A stretch of DNA of 64,000 bases, taken from Euprymna scolopes (Eukaryota). The DNA is taken from the NCBI GenBank assembly GCA_053919585.1, contig CM132792.1, one strand, 5' to 3'. Of the stretch, positions 1-11,900 are shown piece by piece (the first letter of the stretch is position 1; each line of letters starts with the position of its first letter). The translations under genes were made by a program, and so were the position numbers. The notes under the pieces were generated by a model that was not told the origin of the DNA, searched no databases, and was given only the letters and a program-made list of their open reading frames with translations.

Positions 1-19
1 GCAAAAATTGATACATGCC

Positions 20-1900
20 ATCATCTCCTAGGCATACTCTCAGTATCGCTGGTGTTCGCTACATTCAGCATTTCTTCTGTTGGAGTCTTGCAAAAAGGAC
101 ATCTAGATGACTCCACTGATCCGGAATTGTGTTGCGTGAGATTGAGGTGTAATGCATTTTGTGCCAGATCAAGGAAAATGGAGTTGTTGAAATGACTCAA
201 ACCTAGCATCAAACTCCACTGGGTGCAGATCTATTCTTTCAATAATCCCAATCACTTGACAAGTGAGTCATCAGCAGCCCTCCTCTAATTCCCTATGAGT
301 TTCTTCCTAGAAGTCAGAAAGATCGCTGAATGTTAAGAGCTTCTTAAGTATGGTTCAGTACACTCTGAGGACTGCATGTTGCCCCTTGACTTACAACGAC
401 TCTCAACTGAATAATGGAGAATGAAGTCAGCAGTGGGTGGTATCAATGTATTTATCAGTCAGAGGAAGTACAGCTAATCAGTATGAGGATGAGAGGAAAG
501 ATATAAGATCTGCTTTACTCTTTAAGGAAAGTTTCATTTGAAGCTAAAAGTTGACTGATGCTTTAATCTTTGACTATACCTTTGACCAATTTTTTCTGAG
601 TTTGAAGTCCAGTCTGACCCATATGCCAAAGATTCAAACCAAGCCATTCTATCAGCTGAAAGGTGCTGGGAGGGTGGTGATACCATTCCAGGCGCTCAAC
701 CGCAGATGACCGACTGACTTGCTGCGGTTGATTTTGGCTATTGTAATCATTTCGTAATGAGTGGACACTTCTGTTACTCTCTTGATGTCTCGGAAGCACA
801 ACACAAAGATAGTGATGTCATTAGTGAACATAAAGACTTGTCTGCATTCCACCAGGCAGAGCCTGAACTTGATCCCCACCACACCACACCCTGCACCTTA
901 GCTTGCAAAGTAGCAGCTTAAATGCAAGGACATAAAGCATGGGTGACAGCAGACAGCTTTGACGCACCAACTGAGAGATAGTGAAAGACTTCCAGCACTT
1001 TCTGTTGACCTGCCAATGGCATGCTATCCATTTGTGGAAATCTTGTTCAAGACTGGCAGTCTGTAAAACAGATGCTAGGAAGTGATGGTTGACCTGGTAG
1101 AAAGCTTTGGACTGATCCAAGTTGATCAACACGACTTTCATGCCATCTTCTATCCTTTCCACTAGGATTGTACAAATCAGGCGCAAGTTGTTCTGAATCA
1201 ATCACTCATTCACAGTGTAGTTCTACTCAGGTTTGAAGTCTCTGATAATGATCTGCAACTGATTCAATAAGATTTATATCTGCGTTTAGCAGAGTTATGA
1301 GCCTGTAGTCATCTAGGTCTTCCTTACCATGCCTTTCTCTCTTTCTCAGCAATATGATCACTTCCTTGGTAACTTGACCCAGGATAGAACTCTTGTCAAC
1401 ACATCAGTCAAAATTATATAAGCATATGTGACAGTCTCAAATACAGCTTGTAGGGCAGATCCTTAAGTCTTGTCAATTTATTACAGCCAAACATGCTTCA
1501 ACACAGTCAAGATCTCCCACTCTGTCACCTTGCCTTTATAACCAGCTGCTCTAGCCGCATTGAGATGGGGAAAGTCGGCCAAATAGTCGTCAAAGCCTTG
1601 TACAAGGCGGCTAAACTGTTGCATAAATCACTCCTTGAAATGCTCCCAAAATCCCCCATAGATCTCCTGAATCAATTCCAAGGTACGCCAATCTGGGTGC
1701 TTGACACTTGCTAAACACATATCCAAATTATGCCTTGAAACCTACACTCATGTGAGTCATAATTCACTACTTTGTTTGAGACTTTTCTTAGTCTAATACT
1801 AACTATTTGATCTTCATAACACTCGCTAGCCTTGTGTCTTGATCTTGTCTAATGGTATCAAAACAACATGCCCTGGACTGTGTTCATCATGACATCAGTT
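20..1900 (-). mobile_element. Degenerate L1/Tx1-clade LINE ORF2 fragment (RT to C-terminal zinc finger)
   Basis: ORF 821-1201 has RT motifs LINLDQSKAFYQVNH and VRQSCLLSPMLYVL (LDxxKAFDRV / VRQGCPLSP-like); ORF 21-212 has a CPFC zf-RVT-like motif; many stops and frameshifts; ends approximate. Confidence 0.75.
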
Positions 1901-2330
1901 CTGTATCCACTAGGATCTTCTGATCACTTGGTTGTCTCAAAAAAAATAAAAGCACAGTATAACAAAAAAAAACAATCTCCATCAACAGTATACTGATATT
2001 TGACGATTGACTGTAAAGGTTTCCAAACATTTATATCTAAACTACCTCTATGCTTTATGTTTAAAAAGAATGCGTCTGATATAGCATCTGACTTAACTGA
2101 TTGCTAAACTATTTATTTATTTATTAGACAGTTACATACCCTCAAAAAAATCATAACGGAAATCTACCAGCCAGCCTTGGTACACTCCTGAATGTGCTGC
2201 TGCCTTGGCACACATATACTATGATAATTGCTTAAACTTAATTGATGTTTTAAAGCTAAAGTCACCTCTAGAATTGCCAGTAATTACTGCAAAAAGATTA
2301 TAGAAAACACAAGTGTCTTATGCTCAGTCC

Positions 2331-2930
2331 ATTGTGTACTTGTTTACGGTCTATTGCGATTGGGTTCTTGTTTACGGTCTATTACAATTGTGTACTTGTT
2401 TACGGTCTATTACAATTGTGTACTTGTTTACGGTCTATTACAATTGTGTACTTGTTTACGGTCTATTACAATTGTGTACTTGTTTACGGTCTATTACAAA
2501 TGTGTACTTGTTTACGGTCTATTACAATTGTGTACTTGTTTACGGTCTATTACGATTGGGTTCTTGTTTACGGTCTATTACAATTGTGTACTTGTTTACG
2601 GTCTATTACGATTGGGTTCTTGTTTGCGGTCTATTACGATTGGGTTCTTGTTTGCGGTCTATTACGATTGGGTTCTTGTTTGCGGTCTATTACGATTGGG
2701 TTCTTGTTTGCGGTCTATTACGATTGGGTTCTTGTTTGCGATCTATTATGATTGGGTTCTTGTTTGCGGTCTATTACGATTGGGTTCTTGTTTGCGGTCT
2801 ATTACGATTGGGTTCTTGTTTGCGGTCTATTACGATTGGGTTCTTGTTTGCGGTCTATTACGATTGGGTTCTTGTTTGCGGTCTATTACGATTGGGTTCT
2901 TGTTTGCGGTCTATTACGATTGGGTTCTTT
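2331..2930. repeat. 28-bp tandem array, ~21 copies (attgtgtacttgtttacggtctattaca grading into attgggttcttgtttgcggtctattacg)
   Basis: Direct 28-nt periodicity; same family as the main array. Confidence 0.95.
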
Positions 2931-3264
2931 TTACGTCTAACATTTACTTGTATGATAAATATACTCACATATAAACTCAACCAGCTTTATAGAATAAGTT
3001 TAGATAACGAAGGGATAAAAAGTTTATAATTAAATTTTATTATGCTATCAGTTCAAAATAGAACACAATATTTAGGGGGTAGGGAAACCTGTTTAGGCCA
3101 TGGCATTTCGAAGCCAAACGCTTATCAGAAGAAGGGGATAAAGACATTATACAGAGAATGATATTTTAAAAGATAATATTGCCTTTATGTAATGAGGATC
3201 AAAGGTAAAACAGGAAAAAGCCATAAAGGGCTATAGTAGCATAGATTGATTATTATTGAAATAT

Positions 3265-3350
3265 CATATACATATATAAATATATATATATACATATATA
3301 TGCATACATATATACACACACATATACATATATATATATATATATATATA
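3265..3350. repeat. (TA)n/(CA)n microsatellite
   Basis: Direct reading. Confidence 0.9.
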
Positions 3351-3639
3351 AAATACACAATGGTATTATTTATGCTCATGATCATTTACCAGCCTATCAG
3401 CATATTCAAATTTGTCATAGCAGAGTTGCACTTCAAGCTATATAATTTGCTTTTCCTTTGTACCCTCTCCTCTCCCGAAAAACTCATCTGTTATTGCATT
3501 TTTCCATTCTCATTAATCTTCTATCACAATATTAGGAGAAAAAAAATCAATCTATAAAAATGTCTTTTTTGTAAACATAAAAAATAGGCTTTATTTATAA
3601 TTATAGAATTGAAAGTTGCAAATAAGAATTTAATAATTT

Positions 3640-4160
3640 ACTCTCAAAAACAAGATGGCTTCAGTAAGATTCTCTTTCATTGCAGCCCTTTGGTCTGTCT
3701 TGATTAGCCTTAGCGCTGAAAACAAACGTTCAACACTCACTTGAAACGTTCAACACTCAACATTGCAGATTCTTTCACTATCGCAGGGTACTGCTTTATA
3801 GCTTCATGAACATTTAACTTGGACTTTCTATCTAGTTGTTCTACTTGCTGTAATGCAGCATGAAAGTCTAGCTTGAAACTTGCTAAGGCTTTAATTCACT
3901 GAAGATAGCGTTTTAGCTGTTTCCTGTAGCTTACGCCGCTTTGACCTTGTTTTATGATCTTCTGGATCCAAAAGCTTTTCAAAATCCTGTTCATCGCAGG
4001 TTCCCTCTGAGTCTGTGGTTGAAATAGTGTTTGGATCTTCAGTAGATGCGTTTGAATTTAAGCCCCAAATCCTCACAGCAAGATCACAAAGTGCCGATTT
4101 CGCTTTATCTTTCTGAGTGTCAGATAAGAACACTCTATCCATTGGGTCTACATATACTCC
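3640..4160 (-). mobile_element. hAT transposase C-terminal relic
   Basis: Minus strand ~3640-3745 reads QVSVERLFSALRLIKTDQRAAMKENLTEAILFLR (hAT dimerisation motif SVERLFS); ORF 3891-4142 lies upstream in the same orientation. Confidence 0.8.
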
Positions 4161-5220
4161 AGGATTTTCACTACATTAAAAACCGACCTTTGCCATCGTA
4201 GGAAATATTTTTTTTTCACAGGTGGAAAACTTTCTGTTAATGTTTGCTAAAAAATAAAGGCAATAAACTTTGCTGTAGTGTTAACATATGCTGCATTTTA
4301 AAAAAGGTGGTTCACGCTGACAATTGAATGGAATAATAAATGTTGAAAAAATTAATAAATTAAGTAAAATTATGAATGTTGGCTTTGGGTGCGGGGCAAG
4401 TAAGTACAACAGTCATTTGTTAAAGTGTAGAATAATTAAGTCGAAAAATTGTAACCAATAACAAAAATAAACAAATAACTGATACCAAATGCAGTAAAAT
4501 TCAAGTATCTTTTATACGTGCTGAAACTGTGTTTAATTTTTTTTATTTCATTTCTTTTAGTTGTCTTTACAACAATTAGCTGATTACCTGTCGTTTAACC
4601 ATTGGGGACGTGCAATCGTTTAGGTTTTATTTCAATTGTGTATTCGTTTAGGTTTTATTTCAATTGTGTATTCGTTTAGGTTTTATTTCAATTGTGTATT
4701 CGTTTAGGTTTTATTTCAATTGTGTATTCGTTTAGGTTTTATTTCAATTGTGTATTCGTTTAGGTTTTATTTCAATTGTGTATTCGTTTAGGTTTTATTT
4801 CAATTGTGTATTCGTTTAGGTTTTATTTCAATTGTGTATTCGTTTAGGTTTTATTTCAATTGTGTATTCGTTTAGGTTTTATTTCAATTGTGTATTCGTT
4901 TAGGTTTTATTTCAATTGTGTATTCGTTTAGGTTTTATTTCAATTGTGTATTCGTTTAGGTTTTATTTCAATTGTGTATTCGTTTAGGTTTTATTTCAAT
5001 TGTGAAGTGAATAGTATCAGTAAGTAAAGATTTGCCTTTTAGAAAGGTTTTATTAACTGTAAAATACACGTACGCTCTTGAAAGGATCGAGCGGGAAAAT
5101 GAAACAGAGGGCGCTTTTATTATGAATGTCAATCCCAAGGGGGATAACTCTTAACAACAAATTAAATCATAACATTTTCCCCGTCCTAAAGTATTCAAGT
5201 AAGGGGTAATTAATTATAGA

Positions 5221-5257
<37 letters not shown>

Positions 5258-5312
5258 TCACATAAGAATCATTTTATTTACAAATAACATATGAACCCAA
5301 ACTGCAGTTTTT

Positions 5313-8113
5313 TCAGTATTTAGTCACAAAATCCTTATATTTACTAGGGAATTGTCGAACTCGGGACGACCTCCGCACAGATTGGCAGGAATGCTGATTT
5401 TCAGTATTATTTTTTAGTGAAATCTGATTTTCTTCAAGATCAGACGATTGATTTTTGTCTTCCTCATGACCAATGTTTTCATTAGTAGAAGGTTCAAATA
5501 AAGTCTCTGAAGTAGTAGGATTATTATTAGAGTTTTCTTCATTTGATGAGTTTGGAGCTAAGTCTCGAACGTTGACAGTGGTTTCAGTACCAGAAGGTAG
5601 TTGAACATAAGCGTAGTGGGGGTTGACATCTATTAGGGTGGCAGGCGTTACAGGAGGGTCATGTTTACTTGTTTTAGTGTGGTTTCTAATATATATTGGG
5701 CCTGGTTTAACCCAAGAAGGAATTGAAATTCCGGAAGCAGATTTACGACTATATTTAAATAGTCTATCATGGGGAGTCATATTAGTGGCAGTACAAAGTA
5801 ATGATCTAATTGAATGAAGTGCGTCCGGTAGTATGTCTTCCCAATAAGGTAGTTTCATTTGATTAGAATGTAATGTTGTTTGAATGGCCTTCCATAAGGT
5901 ACCGTTGAGTTTTTCAATCTGTCCATTACCTTCAGGATGATATCTACTTGTTTTAGAAGTAGCAATTCCTTTTTTGTGTAAAAAATCCTTTATTTCTCTT
6001 GCTAAGAAATCAGAAGCACGGTCAGTATGTATCATGTCAGGCAAACCAAAAATTGAAAAGAGTTTGTTTAGACAGTGGATAATGGTTTTGCTTGTCATAT
6101 CTCTGCAAGGAAAAGCGAAAGGAAAACGGGAATACTCATCGATTAGAGTAAGTAGATATTTGTTGCCATGTATAGAAGTAGGTAGAGGGCCTTTAAAATC
6201 AAGATTTAATCGTTGAAAAGGTAATATGGCTTGAATGAGAGTCCCTCCATTGGTATTGGCGAATTTGGGTTTCAGTAATTGACAGGATGAGCAAGAGTCA
6301 GTAATATTCTTAATTTGATCCAAAGTAAAAGGGAGGTTCCTCGTTCTTATAAAATGGCTTAGTCTTGAAACACCAGGATGACATAATTGTTTATGTAAAT
6401 CACGAAGATCTTGTAGATTGTAAGTAAGAGCAGAGATGCGAGAGAATGTGTCAGCAGCAATATTTTCAGGTCCAGGTCGATAAACTATAGTGAAATTGTA
6501 TTGGGATAATTCTATACGCCAACGACATATTTTGTCATTCTTAATTTTTGATTTTCTTTTATTGTCGAATATGAAGCTGATGCTCTTCTGATCTGTGATG
6601 ACTTTAAAGTGCCTGCCGAGTAGAAAATGTCGCCACTTACGGAGAGCTTCTACAATAGCGGCTGCCTCTTTTTCTACTGCATGGTGCTTAATTTCGTTAG
6701 TATTGAGAGTTCTTGGAAAAAAATGCAATAGGACGACCTTCTTGATTTAGTGTTGCAGCAATGCAATAGTTACTAGCGTCCGTTTCTACTTCAAATTCTT
6801 TATTTGGATCTACCGTTATTAAAGTGGCGTCTTTTAGATCATTTTTCAATGTTTGAAAAGATTTTAATACAGATGGAGGTAGTGGAAATTCTTTGTTTTG
6901 ATTTAGTAATAAAATTTTATCAGAAAATTTTTTAATGAATTTGCAGTAATAGGAAAACATTCCAACTATTCTTTTTTGAGATTTAAGATTCAGCGGAGGT
7001 GGCATTTCGAGTAATGGTTTTAGTCTTTGATAATCGGGAGCTATTTGATTATTTTCTATGGTGTAGCCGAGTAGAGTAATAGAACTAGAAGAAATTATGC
7101 TTTTATTTTCATTTAAAGTGATGTTATATTGTTTAGCAATTTTGTAGAATTTTTGAAGATTGTAATCGTGTTCTTCTTGATTTTTTTCCGCATATAGTTA
7201 CGTTATCAACATACACAAAGGTATCGGTTAGATTTTCTTTTTCTATAATATAGTCTATGCTCCTCTGGAAAGCACTTACTCCATTGGTAACGCCAAAAGG
7301 AAGACGAGTAAATTGAAAAAGTTTGCCACTTACTTCAAACGCAGTGAATTTACGATCAGCATGATTTATAGGTATTTGGTGATAAGCAGATTTTAGGTCG
7401 AGAGTAGAGAAGATGTTATATTGAGCGATGTCGTCTACCATCTTATTGATATTAGGCATTGGGTAAGCGTCTAGTTCCATGAATCTATTAATGGTATCGC
7501 TGTAGTCGACTGCCATTCTTTTCTTATGATTCTCATTCGAAGTTACAAGAACTTGCGCTCGCCACGGAGATATCGAAGGTTCAATTATGCCTTCTTTCAA
7601 CATTCTAGCAGTCTCTTCTTTTATGAATTTGTTGGCGGCAAAAGTGTAACGTCGGGATTTTGTCGCAATAGGAGTAGTATGAGGAGAAAGATTAGAAAAG
7701 AGAGGAGGGGGTGGAACGTTTATGGTAGGAAAAAAATTATTCGTGTTTATAGCTCCAATTATAAGTTTGTCTCTAGGACCGTCGAATTTAAGTGTTACTT
7801 TTTTATATTTTTTTAAAATATCTTTTCCGATTATTAAATCAATGAAAAGGTTTTCAATGATTTCAATTGTTATTCCAGAATGGGTTTTATCTTTCAGTAT
7901 TAAATCCACGACAGCTTCGCCAGTTATTTTAGCATGTTGATCGGAAGCAGCCAGAGCTGTAGTTTTGTTTTTAGGTATTGTGAAGAGTTTAAGTTTTTTA
8001 GCAGTATTTTCATTAATGAATGTTTTTACACTGCCGGAGTCCACCATAGCGTTCACGAAGTGCCCGTTAATTTGGCATTGAGTGAATGTAACATCTTTGG
8101 AGTTAGTTCCTAG
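5313..8113 (-). pseudogene. pol: G1 Pol (PR-RT-RNaseH-IN) with two apparent 1-nt frameshifts (~7185, ~6716)
   Basis: PR VDSGS; RT SPWRAQV, LDLKSAYHQI, YVDNV; RH TDAS, EKEAAAI; IN H-x4-H..CxxC, DFKGP, HTDRAS, GNGQIEKLN. Confidence 0.92.
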
Positions 8114-8917
8114 TCAGGATAGAGAAGGTGAGGGGTAGTCAGAGTCGTCATAAAGAACAGCAGTATGAGTGTTAGAAATAGAAGATTTACACACTTTAGC
8201 CCAATGACCATTTTTTTTGCATTTTTTACATTCGGCGTTTCGTGCAGGACATAAATATCGAGGATGACGTGATTTTCCACAGAAAAAACAAACCCCTTTT
8301 GGATGCATATTTTCTTTAGTCACAGCTATACGATTGTAGCCCGAAGGATTATTTGTAGCTGCTACAGTAAAGTTATTTGCGTAGCTTATCGAATGCTTTT
8401 CTGCTTGTTCAAGAGATCTGGCCGTGGCATATGTGTCTTGTAAAGTCAGGATGGGTTTTTCTAACAGTCGTTGTCGGATGGACGAAGAAGAAATTCCGCC
8501 GATGAAAGCTTCCCGAATGTATTGATTTTTGTTTTCTTCAGCAGAAACCGCTTCGAAGTTACATGTTTTGGCAAGCATTTCCAATTGTAGTATGAAGGCA
8601 TCTATATTTTGTGTTGTTTGTTGCTTCGTCGTCATCAATCGATATCTATTATAAACAATATTTTCAGGTTTTAAATAAGCGGCGTCCAATGTTCTTAATG
8701 CACTATCGTAGTCGGTTTTATCGCTTATTAAATCGAAAACAGAGGCTGAAATACAATTGATCAAGGCAAAGAAATTATCTGAAGTGTTTTCGATTAATCC
8801 GTTATTATGTGAGCGGATATAATTCTGGAGGGTTAATTTCCAATGCCTATAGGATTTTTCGGAATTAGGGCATGTAGGTTCCACCTCGAATCTATTGGGA
8901 TGTAAGATTCGATCCAT
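8114..8917 (-). CDS. gag: G1 Gag with two CCHC knuckles
   Basis: 267 aa; CFFCGKSRHPRYLC and CKKCKKNGHWAKVC. Confidence 0.9.
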   Translation of the reverse strand: MDRILHPNRFEVEPTCPNSEKSYRHWKLTLQNYIRSHNNGLIENTSDNFFALINCISASVFDLISDKTDYDSALRTLDAAYLKPENIVYNRYRLMTTKQQTTQNIDAFILQLEMLAKTCNFEAVSAEENKNQYIREAFIGGISSSSIRQRLLEKPILTLQDTYATARSLEQAEKHSISYANNFTVAATNNPSGYNRIAVTKENMHPKGVCFFCGKSRHPRYLCPARNAECKKCKKNGHWAKVCKSSISNTHTAVLYDDSDYPSPSLS

Positions 8918-11900
8918 TATTTTTTTTTTTTTTTTTTTTACAGTTAATAAAATTGAAGTGAATAGTATCAGTAAGTAAAGATTTGCCTTTTAGAAAGGTT
9001 TTATTAACTGTAAAATACACGTACGCTCTTGAAAGGATCGAGCAGGAAAATGAAACAGAGGGCGCTTTTATTATGAATGTCAATCCCAAGGGGGATAACT
9101 CTTAACAACAAATTAAATCATAACAAATTGTGTATTCGTTTAGGTTTTATTTCAAATGTCTATTCGTTTAGGTTTTATTTCAATTGTGTATTCGTTTAGG
9201 TTTTATTTCAATTGTCTATTCGTTTAGGTTTTATTTCAATTGTCTATTCGTTTAGGTTTTATTTCAATTGTCTATTCGTTTAGGTTTTATTTCAATTGTC
9301 TATTCGTTTAGGTTTTATTTCAAATGTCTATTCGTTTAGGTTTTATTTCAATTGTCTATTCGTTTAGGTTTTATTTCAATTGTCTATTCGTTTAGGTTTT
9401 ATTTCAATTGTGTATTTGTTTAGGTTTTATTTCAATTGTGTATTTGTTTAGGTTTTATTTCAATTGTGTATTCGTTTAGGTTTTATTTCAATTGTGTATT
9501 CGTTTAGGTTTTATTTCAATTGTGTATTCGTTTAGGTTTTATTTCAATTGTGTATTCGTTTAGGTTTTATTTCAATTGTGTATTCGTTTAGGTTTTATTT
9601 CAATTGTGTATTCGTTTAGGTTTTATTTCAATTGTGTATTCGTTTAGGTTTTATTTCAATTGTGTATTCGTTTAGGTTTTATTTCAATTGTGTATTCGTT
9701 TAGGTTTTATTTCAATTGTGTATTCGTTTAGGTTTTATTTCAATTGTGTATTCGTTTAGGTTTTATTTCAATTGTGTATTTGTTTAGGTTTTATTTCAAT
9801 TGTGTATTTGTTTAGGTTTTATTTCAATTGTGTATTCGTTTAGGTTTTATTTCAATTGTGTATTCGTTTAGGTTTTATTTCAATTGTGTATTTGTTTAGG
9901 TTTTATTTCAATTGTGTATTCGTTTAGATTTTATTTCAATTGTGTATTCGTTTAGATTTTATTTCAATTGTGTATTCGTTTAAATTTTATTTCAATTGTG
10001 TATTTGTTTAGGTTTTATTTCAATTGTGTATTCGTTTAGGTTTTATTTCAATTGTGTATTCGTTTAGGTTTTATTTCAATTGTGTATTCGTTTAGGTTTT
10101 ATTTCAATTATGTATTCGTTTAGGTTTTATTTCAATTGTGTATTTGTTTAGGTTTTATTTCAATTGTGTATTTGTTTAGGTTTTATTTCAATTGTGTATT
10201 TGTTTAGGTTTTATTTCAATTGTGTATTTGTTTAAATTTTATTTCAATTGTGTATTTGTTTAGGTTTTATTTCAATTGTGTATTTGTTTAGGTTTTATAT
10301 CAATTGTGTATTTGTTTAGGTTTTATATCAATTGTGTATTTGTTTAGGTTTTATTTCAATTGTGTATTTGTTTAAATTTTATTTCAATTGTGTATTTGTT
10401 TAGGTTTTATTTCAATTGTGTATTCGTTTAGGTTTTATTTCAATTGTGTATTCGTTTAGGTTTTATTTCAATTATGTATTCGTTTAGGTTTTATTTCAAT
10501 TGTGTATTTGTTTAGGTTTTATTTCAATTGTGTATTTGTTTAGGTTTTATTTCAATTGTGTATTTGTTTAGGTTTTATTTCAATTGTGTATTTGTTTAAA
10601 TTTTATTTCAATTGTGTATTTGTTTAGGTTTTATTTCAATTGTGTATTTGTTTAGGTTTTATATCAATTGTGTATTTGTTTAGGTTTTATATCAATTGTG
10701 TATTTGTTTAGGTTTTATTTCAATTGTGTATTTGTTTAAATTTTATTTCAATTGTGTATTTGTTTAGGTTTTATTTCAATTGTGTATTCGTTTAGGTTTT
10801 ATTTCAATTGTGTATTCGTTTAGGTTTTATTTCAATTATGTATTCGTTTAGGTTTTATTTCAATTGTGTATTTGTTTAGGTTTTATTTCAATTGTGTATT
10901 TGTTTAGGTTTTATTTCAATTGTGTATTTGTTTAGGTTTTATTTCAATAGTTTAATTGTGTAGATTTTATTTAAAAGTTTAATTGTTTATGTTTTATTTC
11001 AATAGTTTAGATGTTTAGGTTTTATTTCAATAGTTTATTTGTTTAGGTTTTATTTCAATTCTTTATTTGTTTAGGTTTTATTTCAATAGCTTAGATGTTT
11101 AGGTTTTATTTCAATTGTGTATTCGTTTAGGTTTTATTTCAATTGTGTATTCGTTTAGGTTTTATTTCAATTGTGTATTCGTTTAGGTTTTATTTCAATT
11201 GTGTATTCGTTTAGGTTTGATTTCAATTGTGTATTCGTTTAGGTTTGATTTCAATTGTGTATTCGTTTAGGTTTTATTTCCACTGTGTATTCGATTAGGT
11301 TTTATTTCAATTGTGTATTCGTTTAGGTTTTATTTCAATAGTTTATTCGTTTAGGTTTTATTTCAATTGTGTATTCGTTTAGGTTTTATTTCAATTGTGT
11401 ATTCCTTTAGGTTTTATTTCAATTGTGTATTTGTTTTGCTTTTATTTGAATTGTGTATTCGTTTAGGTTTTATTTCAATTGTGTATTTGTTTAGGTTTTA
11501 TTTCAATTGTGTATTCGTTTAGGTTTTATTTCAATTGTGTATTTGTTTAGGTTTTATTTCAATTGTGTATTTGTTTAGGTTTTATTTCAATTGTGTATTC
11601 GTTTAGGGTTTATTTCAATTGTGTATTCGTTTAGGTTTTATTTCAATTGTGTATTCGTTTAGGTTTTATTTCAATTGTGTATTCGTTTAGGTTTTATTTC
11701 AATTGTGTATTCGTTTAGGTTTTATTTCAATTGTGTATTCGATTAGGTTTTATTTCAATTGTGTATTTGTTTAGGTTTTATTTCAATTGTCTATTCTTTT
11801 AGGTTTTTTTTCAATTGTGTATTCGTTTAGGTTTTATTTCAATTGTGTATTTTTTAGGTTTTATTTCAATTGTTTATTTTTTAGGTTTTATTTCAATTGT

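Larger units (their letters stand above)
5003..9125 (-). mobile_element. Young full-length Ty3/Gypsy LTR retrotransposon (element G1, 4123 bp)
   Basis: 172-bp LTRs at 5003-5174 and 8954-9125 (TG..CA, one mismatch seen); 5-bp TSD AATTG at 4998-5002 and 9126-9130; PPT AGGACGGGGAAAA; order gag-PR-RT-RH-IN. Confidence 0.97.

Noticed and set aside
2313-3029. Hydrophobic repeat ORFs here and at 11815-12103
   Set aside because: Translations of the 28-bp (and 27-bp) satellite
3185-3385. PLWLFPVLP on the minus strand resembling the DENN YIPVLP motif
   Set aside because: Wrong strand for the gene, adjacent to a microsatellite, no convincing exon boundaries
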